A stretch of DNA of 64,000 nt from positions 422 through 64,421 of the forward strand of contig JAZPXN010000085.1 of the NCBI GenBank assembly GCA_045543655.1. Direction: 5' to 3'. Under the pieces are notes generated by a model that was not told where the DNA came from, searched no databases, and worked only from the letters and a program-made list of their open reading frames with translations. The stretch comes from Eubacteriales bacterium (GTDB lineage Bacteria > Bacillota > Clostridia > Oscillospirales > UBA644). The translations under genes were made by a program, and so were the position numbers. Shown here one piece after another: positions 29,366 to 38,664 of the stretch. Numbering within the stretch: the stretch's first letter is position 1; every line of letters starts with the position of its first letter.

Positions 29366-30281
29366 TGCTCAACACCTGCCGCCGGAATTCAAATTCCCGC
29401 TTTTCTTTTTGTACGGAGCTATCCAGAATCAATCCGCTGAAGAAGGATATGATCGCGGTAAGGAAGGTAAAGCCGCAAGCCACCAGGGTGGGGATGCGCT
29501 CCACGAGTCCGGTCTGGAGGAAGGGGATCAGAACCAGGGGGATAAAGAAGCCTGCCGCAATGAGAACCAATACCAGCGCCAGGGTAGAGAAGAAATGGAA
29601 GGGCTTGTAATTCTTCCAGAGGCGGAAGATCACGCCCAGAACCTTCATGCCGTCCATGACGGTGTTCAGCTTCGAAACGCTTCCGGCGGGACGGTCCTTG
29701 TAGTTGATGATGACCGTTTCCAGCTGCATATTTTTATCGATGGCGTGGACGGTCATTTCGGTCTCGATCTCAAAGCCCCGGGAAAGAACGGGGAAGGTTT
29801 TGGCGAAATCGTAGCTGAAGCCCCGGTAGCCGGTCATGATATCCTTGATATCGCCCTTGAAAATGGTGTTGATGCCGAACCGCACCAAACGGTTGCCGAA
29901 ATTATGGAAGGGGCGCTTGTTTTCGGTGAAATAGGTGGAGGAAAGACGGTCTCCGATGACCATATCCGCATTTTTATTCAGCACAAGATCGGCGATTTCC
30001 CGGGCGTGCTCGGCGGGGTAGGTGTCGTCGCCGTCCACCATGATATAGCACTCGGCGTTGATCTCCCGGAACATCCGCTTGACCACGTTTCCCTTACCCT
30101 GCATATACTCGTGCCGTACTACGGCGCCGGCCTTGGTAGCCAGCTCCACGGTGCGGTCGGTGGAGTTATTGTCGTATACGTAGACGACGGCTTCGGGGAG
30201 GGCGTTTTTAAAATCGGTAACCACCTTTTCGATGGTGATTTCTTCGTTGTAGCAGGGAATCAAAACGGCAATTTTGTCCAT
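29337..30281 (-). CDS. GT2 polyprenol-phosphate glycosyltransferase (GtrB/DPM-like)
   Basis: Motifs IPCYNEE, DNNSTD, VDGDDTY and GFEIETE, plus two C-terminal TM helices. Start placed at MDKIAV (30281). Confidence 0.9.
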   Translation of the reverse strand: MDKIAVLIPCYNEEITIEKVVTDFKNALPEAVVYVYDNNSTDRTVELATKAGAVVRHEYMQGKGNVVKRMFREINAECYIMVDGDDTYPAEHAREIADLVLNKNADMVIGDRLSSTYFTENKRPFHNFGNRLVRFGINTIFKGDIKDIMTGYRGFSYDFAKTFPVLSRGFEIETEMTVHAIDKNMQLETVIINYKDRPAGSVSKLNTVMDGMKVLGVIFRLWKNYKPFHFFSTLALVLVLIAAGFFIPLVLIPFLQTGLVERIPTLVACGFTFLTAIISFFSGLILDSSVQKEKREFEFRRQVLSNEKDTLSDR

Positions 30282-30285
30282 AAAT

Positions 30286-32043
30286 TTATTCTCCTTTTTC
30301 GGAACTTGTATTTTGGGCGCTGAGACAGACGACGGCGAGGAAGGGCAGGGAGGTAAAGATGCTGTAAGCGTAGCGGAATTCACAGTAGACCGGGGTGGCG
30401 ACCAGCAGGGTGCCCACGATCATCAGCGGCACGATGCACAAAAGCATTTCCGGCCGTTTTTTGATTACGCAGACGACGAAGGCTCCAAACACGATCCAGA
30501 CGTGGAGACCGACGCTATGAAGGGGCTGCAGAATCTCCAAGTCGTAAAATTCGTCGAAATAATCCTGGAACCAATCCTGCACCCGATTGGGCTGAACCTG
30601 CGTGGAGAGGGAAAAATCGTTGGGATCGTTGATTCCCTGACTGTAGATCCAGTATCGATATCCACCGTTGAAATAGCCCCGGGTCTGGTCTACCCAAGCC
30701 TTGACGTATTCCCCCGGGTATTTTAGTCCAAGATTGATCCAGAGCTTGAGGTATTCGAATTTATGCTCAATCAGATACTGCTGATTCTTGGAGCGAATCT
30801 CGTTTTTTACGGGATCCGAAATGTAAAACTGGTAGATTTCGGGAATCTCCTCCACGTCCACGACCTGAGAGAGCAGATCGTATTCCTCGTCCGTGAGGGC
30901 GTATCCTTCGCTGATCACCCGCGCTACCTGCTGAACCGGGATCGACAGCGATTCCACCAGATCCGGCTGGCTGACGTTCATCATAGAGAGCACCGGACCT
31001 TTCATAAACCACGAAATTACCACGGCGCCGCAGACCACGAGGACGGTGGCGATCAGCTTTTGCTTGTAGATCACGCAATACAAAACGAGACAGACGGCGA
31101 AGGCTACCAAGGCAAGCCATCCGTTGGATCTCCATACGCCGACGGCAACTCCGCAGAAGAACAGGCCGATGAGATTCAGGACGGGGCGTCCGATTTTTTT
31201 CAATCCCCGGTAGAGGGTAACTACAAACAGCAGCACCGCTCCCCCGAAGACCACGTCCTTCCACATGGTAACGCTGTAGGCGATGTGATAGGGGAGCAGG
31301 GCGTAGCCTGCGCCGCACAGCAGGAGGACCGCCTTCGAGGCGCCGGCCCGATAAAGGGTGGACAGCGCATAGGCAAAGCACGCCGCCATAAACAAGGCCG
31401 ACGCTACGCTGTACAGCGCGACTCCGGCAACGGAGGTGCCGAACAGGGAAAGGCCCGTATTATAAAACAGAGAGATCACCACGGAATGCCAGAAGGGATG
31501 GTGATTGGAGGTGTAGCCGTTGACGATCTGGTCAATTTGCGTAAGGCTGTCCGTCGTCAACGTTCCGGGATACACGGAGAAGAAGAGGTAGATCAGGTCG
31601 ATTGCCGCAATCACCGCAAAGGAAACGAAAAAGACCGTGAGGGGCTTCCAGGTCTTGCAGACCCGATGTTCCTTCGGGTGGAACAGGTCCGCCCGGGCGA
31701 AATACGCAAGAATATTCCAGGCGACGAAGATCCCGCCCAGAAAGACCGTAACGATCCGGAATCGGTTTTCCGCCATGGGAAGGTAAAGGGCATAGTTTGC
31801 CAGGGTTACGGCAATGCTGAACAGGAGGGAGGCGACCGAAAGAATTACGATTTCTGATTTCTTCCAGCGGTCGCTTCTGCCATACCGCAGACACGCGCAG
31901 ACCGTGCTCAGAAGCGCACAACAGAGATAGGGGCTGAAATACGAATAGGTATCCAACAAAAACTCTGCCCAGAAGAAGATGAAAATCAACTGGACCGGCA
32001 GGAAAATTTTGCGGAAATCAAAGCTTTTGAAGTTGATTTTCAT
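30286..32043 (-). CDS. Polytopic membrane protein (DUF6020-like; candidate GT-C transferase)
   Basis: More than 10 TM segments and motifs YPG..T.DS..Q, NHHPFWH, WKD and EFRY. Co-oriented with the GT2 and GtrA genes. Confidence 0.65.
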   Translation of the reverse strand: MKINFKSFDFRKIFLPVQLIFIFFWAEFLLDTYSYFSPYLCCALLSTVCACLRYGRSDRWKKSEIVILSVASLLFSIAVTLANYALYLPMAENRFRIVTVFLGGIFVAWNILAYFARADLFHPKEHRVCKTWKPLTVFFVSFAVIAAIDLIYLFFSVYPGTLTTDSLTQIDQIVNGYTSNHHPFWHSVVISLFYNTGLSLFGTSVAGVALYSVASALFMAACFAYALSTLYRAGASKAVLLLCGAGYALLPYHIAYSVTMWKDVVFGGAVLLFVVTLYRGLKKIGRPVLNLIGLFFCGVAVGVWRSNGWLALVAFAVCLVLYCVIYKQKLIATVLVVCGAVVISWFMKGPVLSMMNVSQPDLVESLSIPVQQVARVISEGYALTDEEYDLLSQVVDVEEIPEIYQFYISDPVKNEIRSKNQQYLIEHKFEYLKLWINLGLKYPGEYVKAWVDQTRGYFNGGYRYWIYSQGINDPNDFSLSTQVQPNRVQDWFQDYFDEFYDLEILQPLHSVGLHVWIVFGAFVVCVIKKRPEMLLCIVPLMIVGTLLVATPVYCEFRYAYSIFTSLPFLAVVCLSAQNTSSEKGE

Positions 32044-32117
32044 AAGTATCCTTTCCGTCTTATGCAAAGGTTTTCTTATATTATATCATAGATTTGCACA
32101 TTTGTAAAGAGGGGGCG

Positions 32118-32603
32118 TCAGAGCAGGCGGTTGAGGGTCTCGAAGACGTGGTCGACGGCGGCGGTGCGCACGGCGGCGCGGCCGAGGTCCCCGAAGCGGA
32201 CCGTTTCGGTGGTGACGGTGCCGTTGACCGAAAAGCCGAAGCAGACGGTGCCGACGGGTTTTTCGTCGGTGCCTCCCCCGGGGCCGGCAATGCCGGTGAT
32301 GCCTACGCCTACCTGGGCGCGATTGGCTCTTGCCACGCCGGCCGCCATCTGACAGGCGGTTTCTTCGCTGACGGCGCCGAAGGCGTTCAGGGTTTCGCGG
32401 GATACCCCCAGAAGATTCTCCTTCGCCTCGTTGGCGTAGGTGACGAAGGATGCATTCAGCACCTTTGACGCGTTGGGCACGTCTACCAGTCGGGCGCAGG
32501 CCATCCCCCCGGTGCAGGACTCCGCAAAAGAGATCGTCCAGCCCTTTTCGATCAGCTTGTCCACCACGGCGTTTGCCGTTTCAAAAGCGGTATTTTCAGT
32601 CAT
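32118..32603 (-). CDS. CinA C-terminal domain protein (NMN deamidase, PncC-like)
   Basis: Motifs AESCTGG, TYANEAK, GAVSEE and GITGIAGPGGG...KPVGTV. Confidence 0.9.
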   Translation of the reverse strand: MTENTAFETANAVVDKLIEKGWTISFAESCTGGMACARLVDVPNASKVLNASFVTYANEAKENLLGVSRETLNAFGAVSEETACQMAAGVARANRAQVGVGITGIAGPGGGTDEKPVGTVCFGFSVNGTVTTETVRFGDLGRAAVRTAAVDHVFETLNRLL

Positions 32604-32669
32604 TTTTCACCTCATAGGAAAGAAAGGAGATACCCCTTGCGATATCTCCTTTCCGTTACGACGATTTTT

Positions 32670-32831
32670 TTATTTTTTCTTATTGGTTGCGGCGTTCAGC
32701 ACCGTGACCGTCAGGATAATGGCGATGGTGACGATGAAGATGCCCAGCATCCCCTTTCCCATGATGGGCAGGGCTTCGAGAAGCCCGGGGACGTCGAATT
32801 TCTGCAACAGATTCTGAAAAAATTCCATCAT
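32670..32831 (-). CDS. Small (53 aa) single-pass membrane protein, OadG-like partner of the decarboxylase beta subunit
   Basis: Too short for the ORF track. Hand translation gives MMEFFQNLLQKFDVPGLLEALPIMGKGMLGIFIVTIAIILTVTVLNAATNKKK. An AGGAGG RBS abuts the oadB stop. Confidence 0.75.
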   Translation of the reverse strand: MMEFFQNLLQKFDVPGLLEALPIMGKGMLGIFIVTIAIILTVTVLNAATNKKK

Positions 32832-32845
32832 AATTCAAGCCCTCC

Positions 32846-34012
32846 TTACGCTAAGAACGACAGGATCAGACCGCCGGCGATGACCGAAGCCACCTGACCG
32901 GAGACGTTGACCCCGATGGCGTGCATGAGCAGGAAGTTCTGATCGTCTTCCGCCAGCCCCATTTTGTTGACTACGCGGCCTGCCATGGGGAATGCGGAGA
33001 TCCCGGCGGCCCCGATCATGGGATTGATCTTTTTCTTCAGGAAGAGGTTCATGATCTTGGCAAGCATGACGCCGCCGAAGGTATCGAAGATGAAGGCGAA
33101 CAGACCGAGGCCCATGATCAGCAGGGTTTCCCACTGCAGGAATTCGTCGGCCTTCATCTGGAAGGCGATGGTGATTCCGAGGAAGATGGTGACCAGATTG
33201 GCCAGAACCTTCTGGGCGGTTTCGGAGAGAGAATTCAGAACGCCGCATTCCCGGATCAGATTCCCGAACATCAAAAAGCCGATGAGAGAGACGGCGTCGG
33301 GGGCGACGAAGCCCACCAGGATGGTGACGATGATGGGGAACAGAATGCGGGTGGTCTTGGAGACCTCCCGAGCGCCGGAATCATCCATACGGATGAGCCG
33401 TTCCTTCCGGGTGGTACAGCATTTGATGACCACGGGCTGGATCAGGGGCACGAGCGCCATATAAGAATAGGCGGCGACCATGATGGCGGCCAGATAGCCG
33501 GATTCCAGCACCTGGGCCACGAAAATCGCGGTGGGGCCGTCGGCGGCGCCGATGATGGCGATAGAAGCGGCGTCGTTCATGTCAAAGCCCACGAACCGGG
33601 CGAGGCACAGGGTGAAGAAAATCCCGAACTGCGCGGCGGCGCCGAAGAGCATATAGCGGGGATTGCGGAGCAGCGGTCCGAAATCGATCATGGCACCGAT
33701 GCCGATAAACAGAATCAGCGGCATCAGTTCGCCGTTCTCGATTCCGATATTGAAGAGGCGTTCCAGGGTGTGGAACGCACCGTTTTGCGCTACGATTTCG
33801 CCACCTACCGTTTCGATGCCGGGCAGGTTGACGAGGATGGCGCCGAAGCCCATGGGGAGAAGCAGGGTAGGCTCCATGTCCTTCTTGATGGCAAGATAGA
33901 TCAGAATCCCGCCGATGACCCACATGGCGATCTGCTTGATCAGAAGGATCGAGCCGCCTTCTGCGGTGACCTGTTCAATGATCGGCGCAAACAGGTCGGT
34001 GAAAATACTCAT
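32846..34012 (-). CDS. Na+-translocating decarboxylase beta subunit (OadB/GcdB/MmdB family)
   Basis: Motifs EPTLLLPMGFG, FGAAAQFGIF, IIGAADGPTAIF, AAYSYMALVP and IGAAGISAFP. Confidence 0.93.
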   Translation of the reverse strand: MSIFTDLFAPIIEQVTAEGGSILLIKQIAMWVIGGILIYLAIKKDMEPTLLLPMGFGAILVNLPGIETVGGEIVAQNGAFHTLERLFNIGIENGELMPLILFIGIGAMIDFGPLLRNPRYMLFGAAAQFGIFFTLCLARFVGFDMNDAASIAIIGAADGPTAIFVAQVLESGYLAAIMVAAYSYMALVPLIQPVVIKCCTTRKERLIRMDDSGAREVSKTTRILFPIIVTILVGFVAPDAVSLIGFLMFGNLIRECGVLNSLSETAQKVLANLVTIFLGITIAFQMKADEFLQWETLLIMGLGLFAFIFDTFGGVMLAKIMNLFLKKKINPMIGAAGISAFPMAGRVVNKMGLAEDDQNFLLMHAIGVNVSGQVASVIAGGLILSFLA

Positions 34013-34076
34013 GTTTCGTATCTCCTTTGTTTTTTCTGTATTTTAACGGAGTTTCTCTTAAAGCCGTACATCCCAT

Positions 34077-34105
34077 ATTATACCACAAACCGGAGACTTT
34101 TTCAA
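34077..34105 (-). promoter_or_regulatory. Sigma-A promoter of the oadB-like gene
   Basis: The minus strand reads TTGAAA-17 bp-TATAAT with an extended -10 TG. Confidence 0.7.
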
Positions 34106-34191
34106 CCCCTTTTCGTGTTTGTCAAAAAAAATGCATAATTGAAGGAGGTGTTCCCTATAGGGAACGCCTCCTTGCGACCGTATTCCGTTTT

Positions 34192-36063
34192 TTATCCCTC
34201 GAAGATGACCGCTGCAAGAGGCGGCAGGACGAGGGAGTCGGTCCACCGCTTCCCGGTGAGAAGATCGGTGCGGGCGCCGTCAACGGCGACGGCTTTTTCC
34301 TGTCGCCCGCAGTTGACCGCCACGGTGACGGGGCGATGGGATTTGTCGGTGCGCTTATAAATAACGAGCCCCTGATCGGCGTAGGAGATCTCCAGATCTC
34401 CCTCCCGGAAGACGGGGTGCTTTCTTCGGATCGCCCCCAGTCTTGCCACGAAATCCCGCAGATCCCGGTTTTCCTTGCCCCAGGGGTAGAAGCACCGGTT
34501 CAAGGGGTCGTGACCGCCCTGCATTCCCGCCTCGTCTCCGTAATAGACCGAGGGGATTCCCGGCAGGGTGAACATGAGCAGATCTGCGATCTTCAGCCGC
34601 TTCAGGGCTTCCGCCGTCTGCGCTTCGGTCAGGGTTAGCGCCACCTGCGCCGCCGGATCCTTGGGCAGCTCGACGCCGCTTAATACCGTCAGCGCCCGGG
34701 GCGTATCGTGGGTCCCGATGAGATTCATGGCGCAATGAAGCCCCAGGGGCGGATAATTTTCGGTCAGTCCCCGCATCTGCTCGGCAAAGACCTCGCTGTC
34801 TCCCGTCAGCGCGAAGGCCAGCACGGCGTCCTTCAGCACGTAATTCATCACGCTGTCCAGCTGTCTCCCGAGAAGATACCGCCGCCGCGTGCCGTAGGAT
34901 TCCTTGTTGGTGGCGTCTTCCCACACCTCGCCGAGGAACAGCGCGTCGGGGTTTTCCTCCTTGATGGCCTTCTGGGCCGCCTCCAGAAAATCGTCGGGCA
35001 GCTCGTCGGCCACGTCAAAGCGCCATCCGTCGGCTCCCGCCCGCATCCAGCGGCGGAGGATGCCGTCTTTTCCGGTGACGAATTCCAGATAATCCGGCAG
35101 GGATTCGTTGACCTCCGGATGAAGCTTGATGCCCCACCAGGATTCGTAATCCTCGGGCCATTTTTTGAATTTGAACCAGGGGTAATAGGGGGATTCCTTG
35201 GACTGATAGGCCCCCACCCCGGGATAGGTCCCGTATTTGTTGAAATAGATACTGTCGTCCCCCGTATGGCTGAAAACGCCGTCCAGCATCACCTTCATGC
35301 CCCGCTTATGGGCGGCCCTGCAGAGGGATCGGAAGTCGGCCTCGGTGCCGAGAATGGGGTCGATTTTCGTATAATCCGCCGTATCGTACCGATGGTTCGA
35401 CCGGGCCAGAAAAATAGGATTCAGGTACAGGGCCGTAACGCCCAGATCCCGCAGATAATCCAGCTTGGATTCAATGCCCTTCAGATTGCCGCCGAAGAAG
35501 TCGGTGGTGTCCAGGTCTCCGTTTTCCGCCCGTTCCCAGGTAGGCAATTCTCCGGGGGCGCGGAAGGTCGCGTATTCCTTTCCGGCCGGTACGGCTTGCT
35601 TGCCGGAGCGGCAGAAGCGGTCGGGGAAGATCTGATAAAAGGTGCCCCCCGCCCAGCCCTTGGGCAGGGACTCGTCTTTATCGTAGACCGTCATCTGCCA
35701 CGCCGCCGGGTTCTGCCGTCCGCAGACGGGATTGTTTTTTGCGTCTCTGCCGTAGACCAGCATCCTCTCCGGCGTTTCCACCCGGAAGGTATACCAGTAT
35801 ATCCCCGGCGTTTCGGGGGTAACGGTGGCCGTCCAGCGCTGATACTGCCGGATGTTTTCCGCAAAAACCAGTTGCGTTTCTTCCGCCGGGCGTCCGTCCT
35901 CGGAAAACCAGACCGAAACCCTTCCTGGGCATTCCCCCCGGGGAATGAGCAGGGAAAAGGTAACGGCGGTTCCGTGGGGGACCGCTCCTACGGGGGCGCG
36001 GTAAAAGGAATCTCGCGAATCAAAGAGAAGGCCGGTCTGCCGATCGGATACCGGGGGGATCAC
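34192..36063 (-). CDS. GH13 neopullulanase/amylopullulanase-like glycogen-debranching enzyme
   Basis: Motifs FYQIFPDRF, YLNPIF, DGVFSH, DGWRFDVADE, GEVWE and THD. The GTG start at 36063 overlaps the glgP stop. Confidence 0.88.
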   Translation of the reverse strand: MIPPVSDRQTGLLFDSRDSFYRAPVGAVPHGTAVTFSLLIPRGECPGRVSVWFSEDGRPAEETQLVFAENIRQYQRWTATVTPETPGIYWYTFRVETPERMLVYGRDAKNNPVCGRQNPAAWQMTVYDKDESLPKGWAGGTFYQIFPDRFCRSGKQAVPAGKEYATFRAPGELPTWERAENGDLDTTDFFGGNLKGIESKLDYLRDLGVTALYLNPIFLARSNHRYDTADYTKIDPILGTEADFRSLCRAAHKRGMKVMLDGVFSHTGDDSIYFNKYGTYPGVGAYQSKESPYYPWFKFKKWPEDYESWWGIKLHPEVNESLPDYLEFVTGKDGILRRWMRAGADGWRFDVADELPDDFLEAAQKAIKEENPDALFLGEVWEDATNKESYGTRRRYLLGRQLDSVMNYVLKDAVLAFALTGDSEVFAEQMRGLTENYPPLGLHCAMNLIGTHDTPRALTVLSGVELPKDPAAQVALTLTEAQTAEALKRLKIADLLMFTLPGIPSVYYGDEAGMQGGHDPLNRCFYPWGKENRDLRDFVARLGAIRRKHPVFREGDLEISYADQGLVIYKRTDKSHRPVTVAVNCGRQEKAVAVDGARTDLLTGKRWTDSLVLPPLAAVIFEG

Positions 36064-38501
36064 TTCTTTTCTCCCAGAGGCTTCATATTCCAGATGCCTT
36101 CCGCATAGTCCCGGATGCTCCGGTCGGAGGAGAAGAAGCCGGCTTTCGCGATATTGATCAGAGATTTCCGGTTCCATTGGGTGGGGGCATTGGCGTATTC
36201 CTTGCCGATGACGCTCTGGATCTGCCGATAGGATTCAAAGTCCGCCAATACCATATAGGGATCGGAGAAGCGGCTGCCCATGGTCAGACTGTCCGCAAGG
36301 TCGGCAAAGGACTCCCCGCCGATGCCTGCCCGCATGGTATCGACAATGCGGCGGAGTCGGGGGTTGGAATTGTAGTATTCCACGGGGCGGTAGCCTCTGC
36401 GGTAGAGCTCCGCTACTTCCTCGGTGCGAAGGCCGAAGAGGAAAATGTTCTCGTCGCCCACTTCCTTGTGAATCTCTACGTTCGCGCCGTCGAGGGTCCC
36501 GACGGTCAAAGCGCCGTTGATCATCAGCTTCATGTTTCCCGTGCCGCTGGCTTCGGTGCCGGCCTGGGAGATCTGCTCGGAAAGGTCGGCGGCGGGCATG
36601 AGATATTCCGCCATGGTGACCCGGTAATTCTCCGCAAAGATGACCCGCAGCTTTTTATTGACGGTGGGATCGGTGTTGATCATCCGGGCAACGTGGGAAA
36701 TGAACATAATGATGCGCTTGGCCATATAGTAGCCGGAGGCGGCTTTTGCGGCGAAGAGGAAGGTGCGGGGGGTGAATTCCATTTCCGGATGATCCTTCAG
36801 CTCCAGATACAGATTCAGAATGTGCATGGCGTTCAGCAGCTGACGCTTATATTCGTGAAGCCGCTTGACCTGAACGTCCAGCATGATTTCGGGATCGGGC
36901 AGGACCTCGCATCCTTCCCGCTTGAGGAATTTGGCGAAGCGCTCCTTGTTTTCTTTTTTGATCTTCGTCAGCTGCTCCAATACCTGCGAATCGTCCTGAT
37001 ATTTCAGGAATTCGCTCATCTTAGAGGCGTCGTTGATGAAGCCGTCGCCGATGCATTCGGTCAAAAGCCTGGTCAGACCGGGGTTGGACTGACAGAGCCA
37101 GCGGCGATGGTCGATGCCGTTGGTGACGTTGGTGAATTTGCCGGGATAAACGTCGTTGAAATCCTTGAAGACCCGATCCTTCAGAATCTGGCTGTGAAGG
37201 GCGGAAACGCCGTTGACCTTATCGGATCCGATGACCGAAAGATTTGCCATGCGCACCGATCCGTTGGCCAGGATCGCCATGCGGGAAATCTTGTCCCAGT
37301 CTCCGTTGGTCTTGGCGAACATTTCGTCGCAGAAGCGGCGGTTGATCTCCTTGACGATGGAGTGGATCCGGGGCAGGATGGCCTGGAAGGTGGCTTCGTT
37401 CCAGGTTTCCAGGGCTTCGGACATGACGGTGTGATTGGTGTAGTTGATGGTCTTGCAGACGATCTCCCAGGATTCCTCCCAGCCGTAGCCGCATTCGTCG
37501 ATGAAAATACGCATCAGCTCGGGAATACAAAGGGAGGGGTGGGTGTCGTTGATGTGGATGACCGCCTTTTCGGGCAGGGTTTTCAGGTCTTCGAACTTGG
37601 CCAGATGGGTCTTGATGATATTCTGCAGGGCGGCGGAGACCAGGAAATACTGCTGACGCAGACGGAGGGATTTCCCCTGAAGATGGTTATCGGGGGGATA
37701 CAGGATCTTGGAGATCATCTCGGCGTTGGTATTTTCTTCTGCCGCACGGATATAATCCCCCTGAGAGAAGAGGTTCATATCTACGGGATTTTTCGCCGAG
37801 GCCTTCCAGAGGCGCAGGCGGCTGACCCCTTCGGTATCGTAGCCGGGGATCATCAGATCGTAGGGGGTCGCACGGATGACGGTGGCGTTATAGTGACGCA
37901 CTACCAGCCGGCCGTTTTCCCAGGATTCCTCCACGTGGCCGCCCAGGGGAACGTCCACCGCTTCGTCCAGACGGGGGGAGAGCCATACCTCTCCCATGGG
38001 GAGCCAGTTGTCGGACAGCTCCATCTGCCAGCCGTCCACGATCTTCTGCTTGAACATTCCCAACTCGTAGCAGATGCTGTGGCCGGTGGCCAGATAATTG
38101 CGGGAGGCCATGGATTCCATAAAGCAGGCCGCAAGACGGCCAAGACCGCCGTTGCCCAGCCCTGCATCGGGCTCCAGCCGATAGAGATCCTTGGGCTTCA
38201 GCCCGTATTCCTTCAGGGCTTTTTCAAAGGCTTCTTCGCCGAACAGAGAATACACGCAGTTCTTCAGGCTTCTGCCCAGAAGAAACTCCATGCACATATA
38301 ATACACGTGCTTTCCGTCTTTTTCTTCCACTTCCTTTTCGAAGGCAAGACGCTTGCGGACGGCTTCGTCCCGGGCGACGGTGATGGCGCTTTTGTAGATC
38401 TGCTCCAGATCCGCGTCCTTGGGATCGGTGCCGTAATAGCGGAGCAGATTTTCGTTGATCCGCCGCTTCAGCTCTGCGGCGGTGACGGTAGGTTTGTTCA
38501 T
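36060..38501 (-). CDS. glgP: Glycogen phosphorylase
   Basis: Motifs GLGNGGLGRLAAC, INDTHP, KRLHEYKRQ and EASGTGNMK (PLP lysine). Confidence 0.97.
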   Translation of the reverse strand: MNKPTVTAAELKRRINENLLRYYGTDPKDADLEQIYKSAITVARDEAVRKRLAFEKEVEEKDGKHVYYMCMEFLLGRSLKNCVYSLFGEEAFEKALKEYGLKPKDLYRLEPDAGLGNGGLGRLAACFMESMASRNYLATGHSICYELGMFKQKIVDGWQMELSDNWLPMGEVWLSPRLDEAVDVPLGGHVEESWENGRLVVRHYNATVIRATPYDLMIPGYDTEGVSRLRLWKASAKNPVDMNLFSQGDYIRAAEENTNAEMISKILYPPDNHLQGKSLRLRQQYFLVSAALQNIIKTHLAKFEDLKTLPEKAVIHINDTHPSLCIPELMRIFIDECGYGWEESWEIVCKTINYTNHTVMSEALETWNEATFQAILPRIHSIVKEINRRFCDEMFAKTNGDWDKISRMAILANGSVRMANLSVIGSDKVNGVSALHSQILKDRVFKDFNDVYPGKFTNVTNGIDHRRWLCQSNPGLTRLLTECIGDGFINDASKMSEFLKYQDDSQVLEQLTKIKKENKERFAKFLKREGCEVLPDPEIMLDVQVKRLHEYKRQLLNAMHILNLYLELKDHPEMEFTPRTFLFAAKAASGYYMAKRIIMFISHVARMINTDPTVNKKLRVIFAENYRVTMAEYLMPAADLSEQISQAGTEASGTGNMKLMINGALTVGTLDGANVEIHKEVGDENIFLFGLRTEEVAELYRRGYRPVEYYNSNPRLRRIVDTMRAGIGGESFADLADSLTMGSRFSDPYMVLADFESYRQIQSVIGKEYANAPTQWNRKSLINIAKAGFFSSDRSIRDYAEGIWNMKPLGEKK

Positions 38502-38613
38502 GAATGACCTGCTTTCTGTATACTGAAATTTATATTAAGGGAAAAACAGGGATTTTCCCCCTAACGGGCGTTCTGAGCCGGGACGGAGTCCCTTTGCACC
38601 GTGAAAAACGACC

Positions 38614-38648
38614 CGGATACCGGAGAGGGTGCCCGTCTCCGGTATCCG
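38614..38648 (-). other. Strong intergenic stem-loop between glgA and glgP
   Basis: CGGATACCGGAGA-loop-TCTCCGGTATCCG, a 13-bp stem. Confidence 0.6.
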
Positions 38649-38664
38649 AAGAAGAGAAGTATGG

